Source of the DNA: Schizochytrium sp. TIO01
Taxonomy: Eukaryota; Protista; Bigyra: Labyrinthulomycetes
DNA: 64,000 nucleotides
Direction: 5' to 3'
Assembly: GCA_004764695.1 (NCBI GenBank)
Contig: SMSO01000037.1
Span: 3,324,747-3,388,746 of the forward strand
Under the pieces are notes generated by a model that saw only the letters and a list, made by a program, of their open reading frames with translations, was not told the origin of the DNA and did not search any database. The stretch's first letter is position 1. The number at the start of each line of letters is the position of its first letter. This document shows, in pieces, positions 36,779 to 49,943 of the stretch. The translations under genes and the position numbers were made by a program.

Positions 36779-38728
36779 TCATTGAGAAAGGCTTCCAGTG
36801 TGCTCTTCCAGCCTTTTATTCTCCGCTCGTATAGCTGCAAGATCTGAGAGAACCAAATCGAGTTGTTCATTGCTCACCTTTGAACGCAAATTTGCTGCGC
36901 GTGATTCCATTTCCTGAGCCCGGTTCAAAGATGTGCCAGTCCGCTTTACAATATCAACCAGCTCGTCGAAAAGCACTCGCATATCGTGCAATAGTTTGTA
37001 TGCAAGTGGCCCAGCAGGGTCATCAGGGCGGTTCTCTGACGTAAAGAAGACAAGGTCATCTGCCATATTCTCAGTTCTTCGTAAACGTTGGGACATTCTA
37101 TTGATATCGCTTTGCAGTCGCAGAGTATCTTGAATTACACGATTGATATCTTCTGATTGTCTTCGAACTTGATCTACAACGTCCCTAATACGATGTATAA
37201 TCTGCTCAGATTCATTAGTATCATCTAGTTTGGCGCTTGCTTCTCGAAGTGCAGCTACATGGTCTTGTTGAATTTGCAAGGTCTTTTCCATCATATGGAT
37301 TTCTTCATTGAGTTTTTGCATGGTAGTAACTAACTCTGAGGCTTCCATGGCGCGCTTGTCTCGAGTCATTTCCGTATTCTTGAGCTCTTCCAGAAGGGTG
37401 CCTTGTTCATCTGACCATGCTCGCGCAGAATCCTCTTGGTCCTGCACGGCCTGATGAAGCTCTGCTTCAAGACTTGCTAAATTATCTGGACACCCTGGAA
37501 GCTTTGCAAGGATTTGCTCTTGCATCACAATCTGTTCTCTGTAATCGTTTTCAAGTGCTCGCTCGCGTATCATGGCTTCCCTAGTGAGTTCAGTTTTGCT
37601 TTGTAACGCCAAACGTTCTGCAGTGGTTACCTCAACCGCAGCTTCAAGTTTGGCAAGTTGTTCTCGAAGGCTTTGAATACTATCATCCCCAGAGTTTAGT
37701 GGGGGCGTCGAGTCCATAAAACTGGACAAATCACCGCCACTTGTCGGGCTTGATGCTACGCTCAGGGATGATTTTGAGTTTTGACGTGAAACTTGTGGTC
37801 GCGGAGGTACTGGTGGAGGAGTTACGACCGATGTTGTGGCGTTTTTATCTAAAGTTGTTGTAGTAGCAAACCTTTCAGATGGGATCTCTAACGGGTCCGG
37901 TACGTGCCATTGTCGTCCCATACTTTGACGATTTAGGTTGTCATCTTTTGATTCTAGTTCTAGAGGCCAAGCAAGAGCTGAGCCATCCTCATCAGCGCGA
38001 CGCTTTTGTAAAGCACATAGTCGATTGCGTTCAATCAGAGTACATACTTCTTCACGGCTTAATGCGATTGTGTTGGAGCCCCTTCCGATGGATTTCTGTA
38101 GGTTTGTACATTGGTGTGGCTGTGGAGGAGGCCCAAGAGGCTGCGTGTGAAAACCAAAAGATACATTACGCACCGAGGTCTGCACGGACCACAGATCTCG
38201 AGACCAAGCAGAAAGACCTTTGCGAACTTGGCGCATGGGATCGAATGATCCTTCTAGCCTTGAGCCTTCTGCAAAAGGTTCATCAGTCGCTAACTCTGCA
38301 AGCTTTTCTGCAAGAAATGTTAACAGGTCGCGTGTGGACCGCTCGGAAGGATATAATAAAGTGTTGTACCCACATTCACGCGAGTATCCTAACTGTTTCA
38401 CCTTGGATGCTAAATATGTACATTGACGATGCTTTTGCATTACATTACCCTGAAGCTCAACTCCAAAAGCCTTTTGTTTTGGATCAACGAAGTCTTGGTC
38501 TTTATTTCTACCTAGCTTTTGTAGTGCTAAACCTACGCAGCGTACAACTTGAGCGGCGTCCAAATCGGCGATGCGCAACTGAGCAAAATCTTCTTCATTC
38601 TTATTGTCGTTTTGGACCTTGCCGTTCAGGCTGAGAGCGCCGAGGGCTCGAAAGCTCTTTAGCAGAATCTGGTCGGCCTCGCCCTTTGCAAGGATAAGCC
38701 TTCGCGATGATCTTGTCCGATCTAGCAT
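36779..38728 (-). CDS. CCDC22: Coiled-coil domain-containing protein 22 (CCC/Commander complex subunit)
   Basis: N-terminal EADQILLKSFRALG and KQLGYSRECGYNTLLYPSERSTRDLLTFLAEKL. C-terminal coiled coil with RIRDVVDQVRRQSEDINRVIQDTLRLQSDIN, AYKLL, DLAAIRAEN. First ATG at 38728. Confidence 0.88.
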   Translation of the reverse strand: MLDRTRSSRRLILAKGEADQILLKSFRALGALSLNGKVQNDNKNEEDFAQLRIADLDAAQVVRCVGLALQKLGRNKDQDFVDPKQKAFGVELQGNVMQKHRQCTYLASKVKQLGYSRECGYNTLLYPSERSTRDLLTFLAEKLAELATDEPFAEGSRLEGSFDPMRQVRKGLSAWSRDLWSVQTSVRNVSFGFHTQPLGPPPQPHQCTNLQKSIGRGSNTIALSREEVCTLIERNRLCALQKRRADEDGSALAWPLELESKDDNLNRQSMGRQWHVPDPLEIPSERFATTTTLDKNATTSVVTPPPVPPRPQVSRQNSKSSLSVASSPTSGGDLSSFMDSTPPLNSGDDSIQSLREQLAKLEAAVEVTTAERLALQSKTELTREAMIRERALENDYREQIVMQEQILAKLPGCPDNLASLEAELHQAVQDQEDSARAWSDEQGTLLEELKNTEMTRDKRAMEASELVTTMQKLNEEIHMMEKTLQIQQDHVAALREASAKLDDTNESEQIIHRIRDVVDQVRRQSEDINRVIQDTLRLQSDINRMSQRLRRTENMADDLVFFTSENRPDDPAGPLAYKLLHDMRVLFDELVDIVKRTGTSLNRAQEMESRAANLRSKVSNEQLDLVLSDLAAIRAENKRLEEHTGSLSQ

Positions 38729-41700
38729 GCTGCAGCCTTTGCAACCCCGTATGGTATGCTCGTTCTGTTGCAGTGTCAACTTTTTACTTTTATTTTACTA
38801 CTACCCTACCTTTAGTGAAGTCAGTAGGTAGGTAGGTACCTATGATACATAAATTTACAAAGATGTGTAGGCACGAATGAATGAATATGTACGTTCAGGT
38901 ACAGCCGTCTTCAGGTGCGAGACTGTGAAGGCAGCAGCGGTCGAAGGCAACGATCAACACTGGCACAGGAATGCTAACCATGCTAACATGAAGTATTTGC
39001 CTTTACATCAAAGGCATGAAGAAAGCCAATACTGCAATGAAAATCTCCCTCCTGATGCAAGACGTTCCTAATCTACTTTGTTGGCACAAAACTGACACAT
39101 CTACATGCCGTGCTATTTTCGCTACTGATCATTTTAAGACATTTAATGTAGATGGCTGAATAAATTCTTCAAGTTAGTCTTCCTGCAGTACACGAAACCA
39201 TTTGTATCCCTTGTTACTTGCAAAAACACTCTTCTATTGCAAAACTCAATGATTCGACAGGACATTTTCAGTTGTGCAGATATGTTATCTAGGACAGTGT
39301 AGGCTTTGGTTTACTCCAACACCTAGTCTCAAAAATAATTAAGGAAAACTTCTATCAACTAAACTAGTTTCCAGCACAATGCAGCTTTATAAGCAAGCAC
39401 CGATGCATATTCATGCCCGCAGGTCGGATCTACACTTCGTAGTTGAAGAGAGAAAAAAAAAAAAAAAAGGGAAATCTCTAATGCTGTTTGAATAATGTAG
39501 CTTGGTTTACAGAAGTCTGAACAATGTAAGGCTGTAGGAGATATTTATAGTTCAGGAGGAAAACACGCAATGTTCGATAGTGCAATAGCCAGCTCAGAAG
39601 ATATGCAAGATATCATTAGTAGAAAATTCGCAATGTCTTCTGTTAGGGATAAATGACCCTTTTAATTTTTTGCGTTGCTCTTGCCAAAGCTAGTCTTTGA
39701 CATTCAAATTATACAGTGCTAATTGTTATGATCGATGTAGAGACCGATCTAGAATGCGTTACATTCGCAAGCGATAATTTGAACTTTTGTTTTGTCCAGA
39801 TTTTGCAGAAGAAATACCCATTCAAAAGGTTTAATCAGGTATACACCTCTCTAGCTTCACGAAATATGCGTGGACATCTGCAGCTACGATCAGTTGCGCT
39901 TTCTAGATCACACTCATTGCAACATATGAGAGCGTGCACCTGGGCTCCTCTCTTTTAAAATATATGAGTTGTAACGTAGGAGGTAGGTACGTGGGTACAT
40001 TTTACACACCGCTGAGTCAGCCAAAATGATACTTAGGTAGGCATTTGCAAGTACGCTACATGTAATGAGAGATTATTTTGGCTGGAGGTTTTGCCCAAGT
40101 CATAGGACTGCTAAGAGTTGTTTCTCAATATTGAGCGTTTAGTTCTTTTGCTTCCATCGTAGCGAATGAAGCGTCGGTGGACTTCCTATTGATCCTGGAC
40201 GGCCTGCGTGTCATGGTAATTTGAACACTATTTCTATCATGCTATCTAACTTTCTCGGGAAGGTGGCGAGCCAGTTCAATGCTTTGGCAGCTCGCTGAAT
40301 GCAGGAAGATTAATGATGCTTTACTTCAATATATTTGCGCCCATGACACCGCGCCGCAAAACATTTGCGGACCGTGAGAGCTAACGGTCTTGCTCTGCAC
40401 GCGCAGATTGGCTGCATGACAACTTCAATCCACGGCCTGACGCCTTCAACTGCTTCAAAAACAAAAACAAAAAGTAAATGAATAAACATTGAATGACTTT
40501 TTATTACATAAACAGACTATTTCGATAACACTGCCTGTTGCTAATACTAATCAGCAAGACCTTACCTAGTAGTTTACTGGCGCGTGCAGCACGTGCTTTT
40601 CTCATTTGAGACCAAAGTCGCCACGCACAATTGGCGATATCAATTTGCAAATCGGGCTCAGGCAGAGGTCAACATGTTCTAGAGGACGATGTACAAAGGA
40701 CAAACCCTTGCGGAAGCAATGAGGTCTGCACAAGAAAAAATCTAAGATCTGAAACATCCCGCTCTTTAATTCACTTGAAGTTAAGTGACCATGAATTCGG
40801 AGCCTTTTTAGGCTTCTCGAGCTCATGCTGCGAATACTGTCTTCAAGTCTAGGTTGTTGAGCGATCACACCTTTCTCGAACAGAGGTTTCGATCGCCCCA
40901 TGTACCGTAAGTTCTCCGAATCATGTTCTCAGAACTGCGTGGCAGGCACGCTGGTTGCTTCGAGTTATTTACAAGCGTCATAACTCACGCTCAAGTAGAG
41001 TTCATTAAAACCAACTCCATGTTCGTTTCGGTTCGTCTCAAAGCGTGGGTACCTAGTCTTGTCTAGCTTAAGAGATAAATCTTGGATTTCTTCGAGTTTA
41101 TTTTAGATGTGCAAGTTTTATTTCCAGGATGGGGAGTCCTGCTTGAGCGAGCCCGCCGACGTCCACTGCTCCCGAAGCGAGGGTGCCGCAGTGCAAGGAG
41201 GACGGCCTCCGGGGCGGAGCCCACTTTGTTGTGCACGCACGCAGAGGCACAGCTCGCTCCGACGTGGCCTCGCGTGTGCTCACCGCTGGCTGTAACTCGT
41301 GGTCTTTAGAAGGAGAACTTGAAGTTCAAGGAGTGAGTGAGTGACTGGGCTAGAGTGAGTGCGCGCGAGAATTTATTAATAGCTGACGAATTGCAAATGT
41401 AATGCAAAGTAGTGCAGCTGAGGTATCACAATCATAATACGGCTGCAAGTCTTCTCCAATCCAAGCTTGCTTAAGAAATCTAATCTACTAAATGCTACAC
41501 GCGAATGAACGTGTATCAATGGAGGTAAGATTTGTATTATATCACTAAGCATACATCACATGCAAGTGCTCAGGTTGAACGAGTAAGCTATCATTCTGCG
41601 AGAGTGAAATGTCCAATTTCTTTCTGTATCGATGGTGTGTATTCTGCTCGAAGCCTCCAAAACCAGCTCGAACTTCCCTCTCTCGCCACTCGTACCCGTG

Positions 41701-44700
41701 CTTCCCACCCGGCTTACTACGCACTGCACTAGCTTAGCTAAGTAGCGGTGCTAAACAGATGATCATTTAACAGAAGAGCGAATTGGCGATAAAAGAAGAA
41801 CAAAAGTTTAGTTTCGCCAACCTGAGCTTTGAGGCGCGTAAATCTTGTCGATTTCTTGGCAAGCCATGGCAAACTTGTGCTCCACGGGAGCTCATCGTCA
41901 CGATGCTGCAGGTTGGCTCTGAGAAGATCGCTGGCTACTGCTTGATCGCCAAGACCATGCGGTATGCGAGCACGACGGTAGATGACACCATGAAAACATA
42001 ACAGCAGGCGTTGACGAACGGCCCGCAATCAGGGCCAATCGATGCTCTGCTCTTCAGGGTGGAGATTCTGTATATCGAGCTTAGGCACCGAACAAAGATT
42101 CCTTAAGGTGAAGCGTCTGCATGTATCTGTAGGTTCGTGGATTGCGTGCCATGTGATCCACTGGATACAACGTTGAAGTTGAACCAGTCGCTGAGAAAGC
42201 TGATGCAAACAGCTTGAACTTGAACGCCTCGCGTACTCTGATCCATACTCAGTCCTGCTCGGCCTAGGGTCTCAATTTATCAAGGATTATCAGGGAAACT
42301 TGAAGGTCGAATCTCTCATGAATCTTGCTGTTGATAGCTGCTATGAATCTAATCCTCTTGCAAGCTTGGTTCAACTTTAAGGATGGTGTCACGTGATAAT
42401 TCAGAACTCTACTCAGCGTGAAGCGAGATTCCGAATAACATCGCAACAGATGAAATTAGGGTGAAAACCCGCGCGTGCCTGAGCTTGGGCATGCATTATT
42501 TAATAATGTTTGTCAGGTATAAGTGAGGCAGTTGGTTAAACTGTAATCCAGGTTAGCTGGCAAATCCTCCGCCGTTGTGGCCCAGCCTGGGGCGGCCGTT
42601 AGCGAGAGTGCTTTGTCGCTACCAAGGCCGCGGCTGCGGCGGCTCTTTTGCTCGTGCGAGCGGCATTGCCTCCTCCCCAAACTATCAATCTTGCAGCATT
42701 TTGTAAAGCAATTTACATTTTTGTTATGTTTCTTCTTTTCATTGTATTTTATTATTTCATAATTTTTAATAACAAACATAAAAATTAAAAAGAAAAAGGT
42801 TTTATGCTGATCTTTTACAACTTCTGGGATGAATACAATTTGAAGACCAAGCTATTCATGATAATAAAATAGACATTTTCTTAGGAGCTGGCCAATGACA
42901 CAGAGAAGAGATCAACCCAGAAGAGAGTCGCGTTGCAGGATGGATTCTTTCCATGCATGCGTTGGTCGAATCTTTATCAGGCCGTGGACATGCATTTAAC
43001 GAAGAGACCTGCGTTTACATTAGAGCGTGATAATCATCAAGCTATGGCCAATGGCAGACAGTAAATAAATAGTACCCATGATTATTGCTTCCGACCGAAG
43101 GCTCGCGAGCAGAAAGCAAACGCACAGCGCGTTCTGTGAGGCGGAAAAGCAGAAAGGAAAGATTCCATTTAGAAACCCATTTGGAATGCTTCGACACGAT
43201 TTCGACTGGGAGAGACACTTTTTGGCTTTGATGCAAAGAACTAAGAAGCGACGATGTGTTAGTTATTATGATGCTCAGATGAATCTCTGTCGTTAATCTC
43301 TCTCCTAAACTTGCGTGAATGACATAAGAAATCGTCAAAGAAGGCAGTTAATAGAATTTTTCGAGTTGGGAAGGACCGCGGAAGAGGCCTCAAGGGGTGC
43401 TTGAAACTGTTGATGGGCTCGTTGTTTGATTAAAGAAAGAATAAGAAGACAGCATTTATAATTATCTTGACTAAGGTTATCTATGATCGTCTTCTTCGAA
43501 CCAGCATCCTGTCGCCATTCCTGTCACGAGGAAATACCTCAAAGTATTCGAGAAGAAGAAGAAGAAGAAGAAAACCCTGATTCGTTGAAGTGGGAATGAT
43601 TAATTTTATTTTATTTTTAAATAAAGAAAATGTTGTGTTACCTACTACTACATAGTAATTGAAGATTAATTTAGTTATATGAGATGATAGCTATAGGTCA
43701 GAAAATTCAACTATCTTCTGATTTGTCTTCAGCTATCTACTGTGAGGTTTGCGCTGCAAGAGTTGCTTTTCCACATTTCAACACCTTAACTCGTCCCTTC
43801 GAAGTAGACAAAGGAAAGTTTTCTTAGAAACGGGACTTCTGGTATGCAAAATATTATCATAGGTAAATTTGTTCTTCTTTTTTAATTTAAAGTTTTTATA
43901 AATAGGAGAAGAAGAATAACTTGAACAATATAAATTAGGAAGAAAATCTACCTACAAAACCAACATTCTTGTGAAACCTACTACTGGCTAGGTAGCACTT
44001 TCCTATGCGCAAATAAGGCACTCCAAATAGAAATAGAGAGAAACAATCCTTGAAAACTTGATGACTATGAGAGCCTAATGAGTGTACGATCATTACTTTA
44101 TGACAAACAAGCATGCAAACAAGCGGTCCCCAGAAGCGAAGTCGATGATCTTATGCCAGAACCCGAACCTTGTCAGCAAGCTTCACATTGTTATGAATAT
44201 AAGTAATCCTCTTCGATACATATCATATCATTCATTGGTAGATCGAATCGACCATTTAGACACCACGGTCACTTCACGTTCAGCTAGAAGCACAACTAGA
44301 AGTTTGAGGCTCCTTGAGTTCAGGTGAAACAATAGCCAAAAGCGAGCTGGGATCCGGGACTTCGCACGACCTTTGAGGCCAAATCAAACTCAAACTTTGA
44401 TCGAATTCATACCAAACCTCAGGTGACACTCGTTTCCAGCTCTTACTCCCTCGCTTGATTGATCGGTTGATCGATCGATTGATCTTTGCCTGATTTTAAT
44501 TACATTTTGTAGGAGGAGTCTTGCCAGCCTTCATCAACTTGTAACCAAACTCTTCCTTTTTGAAGAACCCCCTCTCGCTACTCTCTGCGGCTACTCACCT
44601 ACAAGTTCTCTCTGCATTGCCACTACTGTTGTTGTTCCTGTCGCACCGAAGCCTATATCAACAGAAACAGGACACGAAGAGGAGTGAAGAAACGCGCGCA

Positions 44701-45392
44701 GCACAGAAGGAAACAAAGAAGCTAGCTAGCTACCTGAGACAGGCCAGCATCGCAAACTTGTGCGCTTTCTCACAAGAAGGAACTTTTATATTTCCTCTTT
44801 TTGTTTGCACACCATTCGCTCCCAGCTGCGTGCGGGGCTCCCTGCGTGCTGCCCAGCGTTCTCCAAGCGAGTAGAGTAGTCTTGCTGCGCGCACATAAGG
44901 GCTGGAAGCGGCACGTGCTGCGGCGTCAAGAGCCATAAGATCGATCTAAGTACTTTTAGAAGTCTTCATTAAGCTTTCACAGAGGAAAAGGTGCACGTGC
45001 TGGGTGAGCTTGGCAAACAATAAAAAGAATCTGTAAAAGCAGATTTCTTACTGACTGCAGAGCAGAATCGGTGCTTTTAAAAACACATTAAAAAGAGCAC
45101 GAGTTGGGATCAAAGGTCTGCTAGGCAGTAGTTGGCAATCACCAAATACGGGGCGCACTACGCAAGGGGATATACCAGTTATTGCCTATAAACACCTTTG
45201 GGAACTAGTGTTCAGGTGCGGTTCAAAGCTCTATTTAAAAGGCAGCGAGTTTGTGTACTTTCAAGAAAAGAAAAAGTTTAGGAGGAAGGCAAAAGCAAGG
45301 AGCAAACTCGGAACGAAGCTTTGTCGTGAAGCAACGCAACGGGGTGCAACGAAAGTCGCTCGCGAGCGCACAACTTGGTCGCAAAGAACATC

Positions 45393-47147
45393 ATGCAACG
45401 TGTAGAATCTGACGGCCAGCGTCGGAGGCAATCAAGATGGAAAAGACTGACATCAGGCAGGCTGGCATCCTTTCGAGGAAGCAGTAGTAGTGGCAAAAGC
45501 TTTGAGGAGCATCATTCTCGGACCAGCGAGGAAGACCTTGCAGATGATCAGCACAATCTCTCGAGGCATCAGAGTCATGACAAACAAGATGGACCACTGA
45601 AAACACACAAGCATGGCCATCGAGCACCGAAGCTGAGAATTGGTGGGGTTGTGCAAAAGACTCTGCGCAGACATAAGAAATCAGATGCATTCAAAAACAA
45701 GGCCAGACCAGGACTTGTTCCGGTGCAGCAGCTGCAAGGAAAGGGCGGAGTCCACTTTCCTAGAGACCCTAGAGAACCCGAAGAAGAACATGATGAAGAT
45801 ACTTCTCACTCGGAGGGAATCTACGACCACCAAGCTGATTTTACCAGTGCTGACGAGGAAGAGGGATACGAATACTATGAAGAAGAGGATGGCCCTGTAC
45901 GGCCTTTAGCTATGCACTCCCTTGCTTATGCGACTGAGGAAGAAAACATTCCTTGTAGTTGGAGCGAATATGATGCCTCTAACTTCAATATTCGCCAAGT
46001 TGGATATAAAGTGACCAAAGAAAAGGCTCCATCTGCACCTGCCCTCTATGACTGCATTGGCATGGACCTCATTCGGGTTGAAGAGAAAATACCTTTAATC
46101 TGTGAAACAGTTGCGCTCCCAGAACCTCGTCCCGAAGACAACATTGACCTTATCAATGCCAGTGGATTGCCTCGTCTGTTTATTGTGAACATTCAACTAC
46201 CATTGAAACAGGCCGGTGCATTTGGTGCCGTAGACCAAGGCGGCGCCTCCCTCGTCTGGTATTTCTCTATCAAACCTGAGACAGTTGCGCAAGCTCTGGA
46301 TGACTCCAAGCCCAAGCCAGCTATCGATCTCTTAAAGCGCTTTGTATCAGAGATTGATACTAACGAAGCTATGCGCAAACGCTTCAAGGTCATTGCCTGT
46401 GCTCTCAACTTCGACGAGCTTGGATACAACTCCAAACTTTCGCAGTTCAATGGTAAACCAATTGTGTTGAAAAGAACTCTCAAGTTCCACCGTACCAAGA
46501 ATTGTTTCGAAGTTACTATTCAAGTACATCGTTTCAATGTGTTTCTACGGGGACTCTATCATCAGCTAAAGGATATGTCAACTCAGCTTCGCATTCGTGG
46601 CGGATTCCTTATTCAGGCTGAAGATGATGCTACTGAGCTTCCTGAGGTAATCCTTGGTTGCTCAGCACTCCATAACCTTGACTTTGAGGCTGCCACTCCC
46701 TTGAGTGCTCTGGAATCTGTTCCCCTTCGAAAGAGAAAATCCAATCGTAGCTATCTTGGAAAGCACCTGTCTGGCCCCTCCCCCATTAAAACTGTTGTTT
46801 CCGAGCCAGCGCTGCCGCGGGCAGATAGTAGCATTCAAGAAACGCACTCAAGCAAGAATCCTAAACACGAAAATCAAAACAACAACCACATTGATGATGA
46901 TGATGAAGAGGAAGATACCCAAGAGGAGGACTCCACGTCCCGCGTTGCTATTGTATGGGAAGCTGTGACCTCTTTCTCGAGAACACTATCAGCAACATTT
47001 TGGGGTAGTGGCGATGATACTACAGCTCACCCTGCCACTGTCTCTGCAGCTGCATCATCGGTGCACAATGACTGTTATTCGAACAAAATTCAAAATGATG
47101 CTAGCTCTAGCTATGATAACAAACACAACAGCACCACACAAAACTGA
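45393..47147 (+). CDS. DUF1336 / EDR2 C-terminal-like domain protein
   Basis: WSEYDASNFNIRQVGYKVTKEKAPS...LY, LFIVNIQLP, SLVWYF, RFKVI, FNGKPIV, FEVTIQVHRF, GFLIQAEDDATELPEVILG, with disordered termini. Confidence 0.85.
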   Translation: MQRVESDGQRRRQSRWKRLTSGRLASFRGSSSSGKSFEEHHSRTSEEDLADDQHNLSRHQSHDKQDGPLKTHKHGHRAPKLRIGGVVQKTLRRHKKSDAFKNKARPGLVPVQQLQGKGGVHFPRDPREPEEEHDEDTSHSEGIYDHQADFTSADEEEGYEYYEEEDGPVRPLAMHSLAYATEEENIPCSWSEYDASNFNIRQVGYKVTKEKAPSAPALYDCIGMDLIRVEEKIPLICETVALPEPRPEDNIDLINASGLPRLFIVNIQLPLKQAGAFGAVDQGGASLVWYFSIKPETVAQALDDSKPKPAIDLLKRFVSEIDTNEAMRKRFKVIACALNFDELGYNSKLSQFNGKPIVLKRTLKFHRTKNCFEVTIQVHRFNVFLRGLYHQLKDMSTQLRIRGGFLIQAEDDATELPEVILGCSALHNLDFEAATPLSALESVPLRKRKSNRSYLGKHLSGPSPIKTVVSEPALPRADSSIQETHSSKNPKHENQNNNHIDDDDEEEDTQEEDSTSRVAIVWEAVTSFSRTLSATFWGSGDDTTAHPATVSAAASSVHNDCYSNKIQNDASSSYDNKHNSTTQN

Positions 47148-47642
47148 GCTTTTGACTTTCAGTTTAGGTGCTATGAAAACTATTTGACCACTATTGTTAT
47201 CCTCGCACAAGCTTTCGCGTCTCGTATGGTTTGTGAAGTCACCTTTCAGTCCACGTGACAATGAGGGTGATATTGTAAGTATCTTTCTATTAAGGCAACA
47301 AAATTAAGCAATGACTATATAACGCACTGCTTCTCAACGCATGCATCCCTTGTAAAAGGAATTATATACATGGGAAGCTTACAAGTAAGCCTAAAATAAA
47401 TGTAGCGCCTCTCTTGCGTTATGAATAACATTTTTTTTCTTTGTAAATATGTGAACCAATTCTGTGATATAAAATTGATTTTACAAATCTCATCAGCATC
47501 AGCAAGATCTCTTCACAGGAGGAAAATTTGGTTATTTAGTTGAAAGATCTCAGGCTAGGCTCGATAGCTCGCAAATATACAGAGAATCTCCTGGTAGTGA
47601 CATGAAGAAGCATAATTTATATACGGAGCTATCACGATTAAC

Positions 47643-48551
47643 TCAAATATACTGCATAAGTTCTTCATTTTGATACAGGTAGACAAGCAAGCTATCCGCT
47701 GCACGCGGCACAATTGAGCTTAGTAAATGAAAAGGATACACTACGCCAAATGGGAAAAACACATCACGTGCTCGAGTTTCTCCACCCCGAACAATCGCGT
47801 AGGCGCACTCCTGAGGACTAGCCCTTTGTGCTTTGGCCAAAGATGTGCCCTCCACAGCTTTACGGTTACTCTCAGTGTCAATGTTGCCAATGATACACAT
47901 TGTAATATCAACAGGAAGTTTTGCAATAGCAAGATCAATCCGCAAACTTTCTAGGAAACCATGCATAGCGTGCTTCGTTGACGAGTATGGTGCGACATTT
48001 GGCAACCCACGAACCCCCGTCACAGACGACACAAAGATTATCTTCCCCTTTGATGCCGATAATGGGTCTAGGGCTGCATGCACAAGTGCCATGTGAGAAA
48101 ACGCATTCACTTCGAAAAGTCGCCGCACTATACTCATATCCTGAACCTTATGCCACCCCTTCTGGTGATACTGATCAACAGTGCTGATGTGGTTAAGCAC
48201 AAGTGAGTCTAGGCCACCCAACTTTTTCACTGATGATTTAATGATATCTGAATAGACAGTCTCATCAGACGAGCTCAGATCAGCTTGGACATAGTCAACA
48301 TATTGTGCACCGAGATCTTGGCAAACCTGCTGTGTTCTCCGAAGCTTGTCTTCATTTCGGGCTACCAGTATGATCTTGGCACCCAATCGCGCGTACAAAC
48401 GCGCAATCTCGAGCCCGATTCCAGATGTGCAGCCTGTGACAACAACGCGAAGTCCTTGGACTCTGTCCTCATCCAACTTGGGCTCATAAACTGCAAGCCC
48501 GATCATAGCCGAGACCAAGACCAAACCAAAGATCCAAAAGCGCCCAGACAT
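47643..48551 (-). CDS. Short-chain dehydrogenase/reductase, HSD11B1/HSD11B1L-like, N-terminal membrane anchor
   Basis: VVTGCTSGIG, LVARNEDKL, GGLDSLVLNH (11beta-HSD1-type), FEVN, catalytic YSSTK, IGNIDTE. Confidence 0.9.
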   Translation of the reverse strand: MSGRFWIFGLVLVSAMIGLAVYEPKLDEDRVQGLRVVVTGCTSGIGLEIARLYARLGAKIILVARNEDKLRRTQQVCQDLGAQYVDYVQADLSSSDETVYSDIIKSSVKKLGGLDSLVLNHISTVDQYHQKGWHKVQDMSIVRRLFEVNAFSHMALVHAALDPLSASKGKIIFVSSVTGVRGLPNVAPYSSTKHAMHGFLESLRIDLAIAKLPVDITMCIIGNIDTESNRKAVEGTSLAKAQRASPQECAYAIVRGGETRARDVFFPFGVVYPFHLLSSIVPRAADSLLVYLYQNEELMQYI

Positions 48552-49241
48552 CTTCCGCGCAGAACTGACGGAAACAGAATCCTGTTTGGAATATAACTGT
48601 AGCAAGTTTGAGAGTGCAAATGTCTAGAATACGCAACTCCGAACCAGCAGCCTCTAACTAAATCTCAGGTGAGACGCGATTGAACTAGTTTTGGTTCAAT
48701 CCAACTGGTTTGATTTCCGCTCAAAGATATAGCCCTAGATATATCTATTTTTTTCATTATAAATAACTATATATACCTCCTATATTCTTTATTTTATTTC
48801 TCAAATATAATATCAAACTTTTTTATTTTTTTACAGAAAACGTTTAACTAATTTTTAAAATCAATCAAATCATTTTTTATAAGGTGTTTTATAGTTGAAA
48901 TTAGGTTAGTTTGCCTAAGGCCGTTCTTGAGTTGCTCAGGGCTTTGCAGAGCATGCAATGCGGCTATTTCACGGACGTAAAATGTATTTACGAATATGAT
49001 AATACTCAACGACCAGGTTTTCGTTGAACTGGCACAGGTCCGAACCGCAGATATATAGGAAAGAAAGAAATATAAAACAATCAATTAATTGTACTACGTT
49101 CTAGAGTTGGATTGGCTTTTTTTAAAGGCTTGTATTCTGCTATATTGATGTGCAAACAAAGTCGATATAATCTAGGTCTCATTGGCTATCGATGTTACGC
49201 CCTTAACTCTGAAGCTGATCAAGTTCCTTTTGACTAAAACC

Positions 49242-49943
49242 TTACTCCATGAGAATAGAAATGCGACCCCTGGAAAGCAGTTTAATGTCCTCTTCAATTT
49301 GCTGCAGCTCGCGTTCATAGCGCTCTTTCAATTTTTTCTTTGTGTTTGATTCAGCCCCTCCACAAGCCTTCTGATAGTGTGAGTTAATGAGACCCCATTT
49401 TCGCTTCAGCTGCTTGATGAGTATTTCTCTGTCTGCGTCAGCCATGCTCTCTGTAACATTAGCCTGGTTAGAAGAAATGTTCAACTCATCCAGAAACTCT
49501 TGAAGAACCTCCTTCTCCATCGCAATAGACTGCTTTACATCATCTAAATAGGCAGGTCTCTTGCCAAAGTCGGGTTTGTTGACATAGCGATCAAATTCTT
49601 GGTTAGAGCCATTGCGGGGTTGTTGTACATTTTTACGCAGCTTGTTTGCGCCCACAATCACCTCTACAGCATTAGCGACAACAAAGTTCTTCGAAGATTG
49701 AAGTCCTAACTTGGGTTTATGAGTTCGTAGCGGAACCTGAGGCTTGGGTGCCGGAATGGCATCCTTTGGAATTTCAGAAGCAACATTTTTCGTGAAAGTA
49801 GAATACGTAGGTTTTTGCTTAGGACAATGTGTCGATTTGTACAGCTTCTTCTTTTCCTTTGCCTTGAGAAGGTCTGCAGCAATGACATTTTCGCGGTCAA
49901 TGACTTCGAGCCATTGACCAAAATGCTCGTGTTGATGTTGCAT
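49242..49943 (-). CDS. ENKUR: Enkurin-family ciliary protein
   Basis: LGLQSSKNFVVANAVEVI, YVNKPDFGKRPAYL, REILIKQLKRKWGLINSHYQK, KERYERELQQIEEDIKLL. Confidence 0.85.
   Translation of the reverse strand: MQHQHEHFGQWLEVIDRENVIAADLLKAKEKKKLYKSTHCPKQKPTYSTFTKNVASEIPKDAIPAPKPQVPLRTHKPKLGLQSSKNFVVANAVEVIVGANKLRKNVQQPRNGSNQEFDRYVNKPDFGKRPAYLDDVKQSIAMEKEVLQEFLDELNISSNQANVTESMADADREILIKQLKRKWGLINSHYQKACGGAESNTKKKLKERYERELQQIEEDIKLLSRGRISILME

Noticed and set aside
37879-38634. 251-aa plus-strand ORF
   Set aside because: It is antisense to CCDC22 and has no recognisable features.
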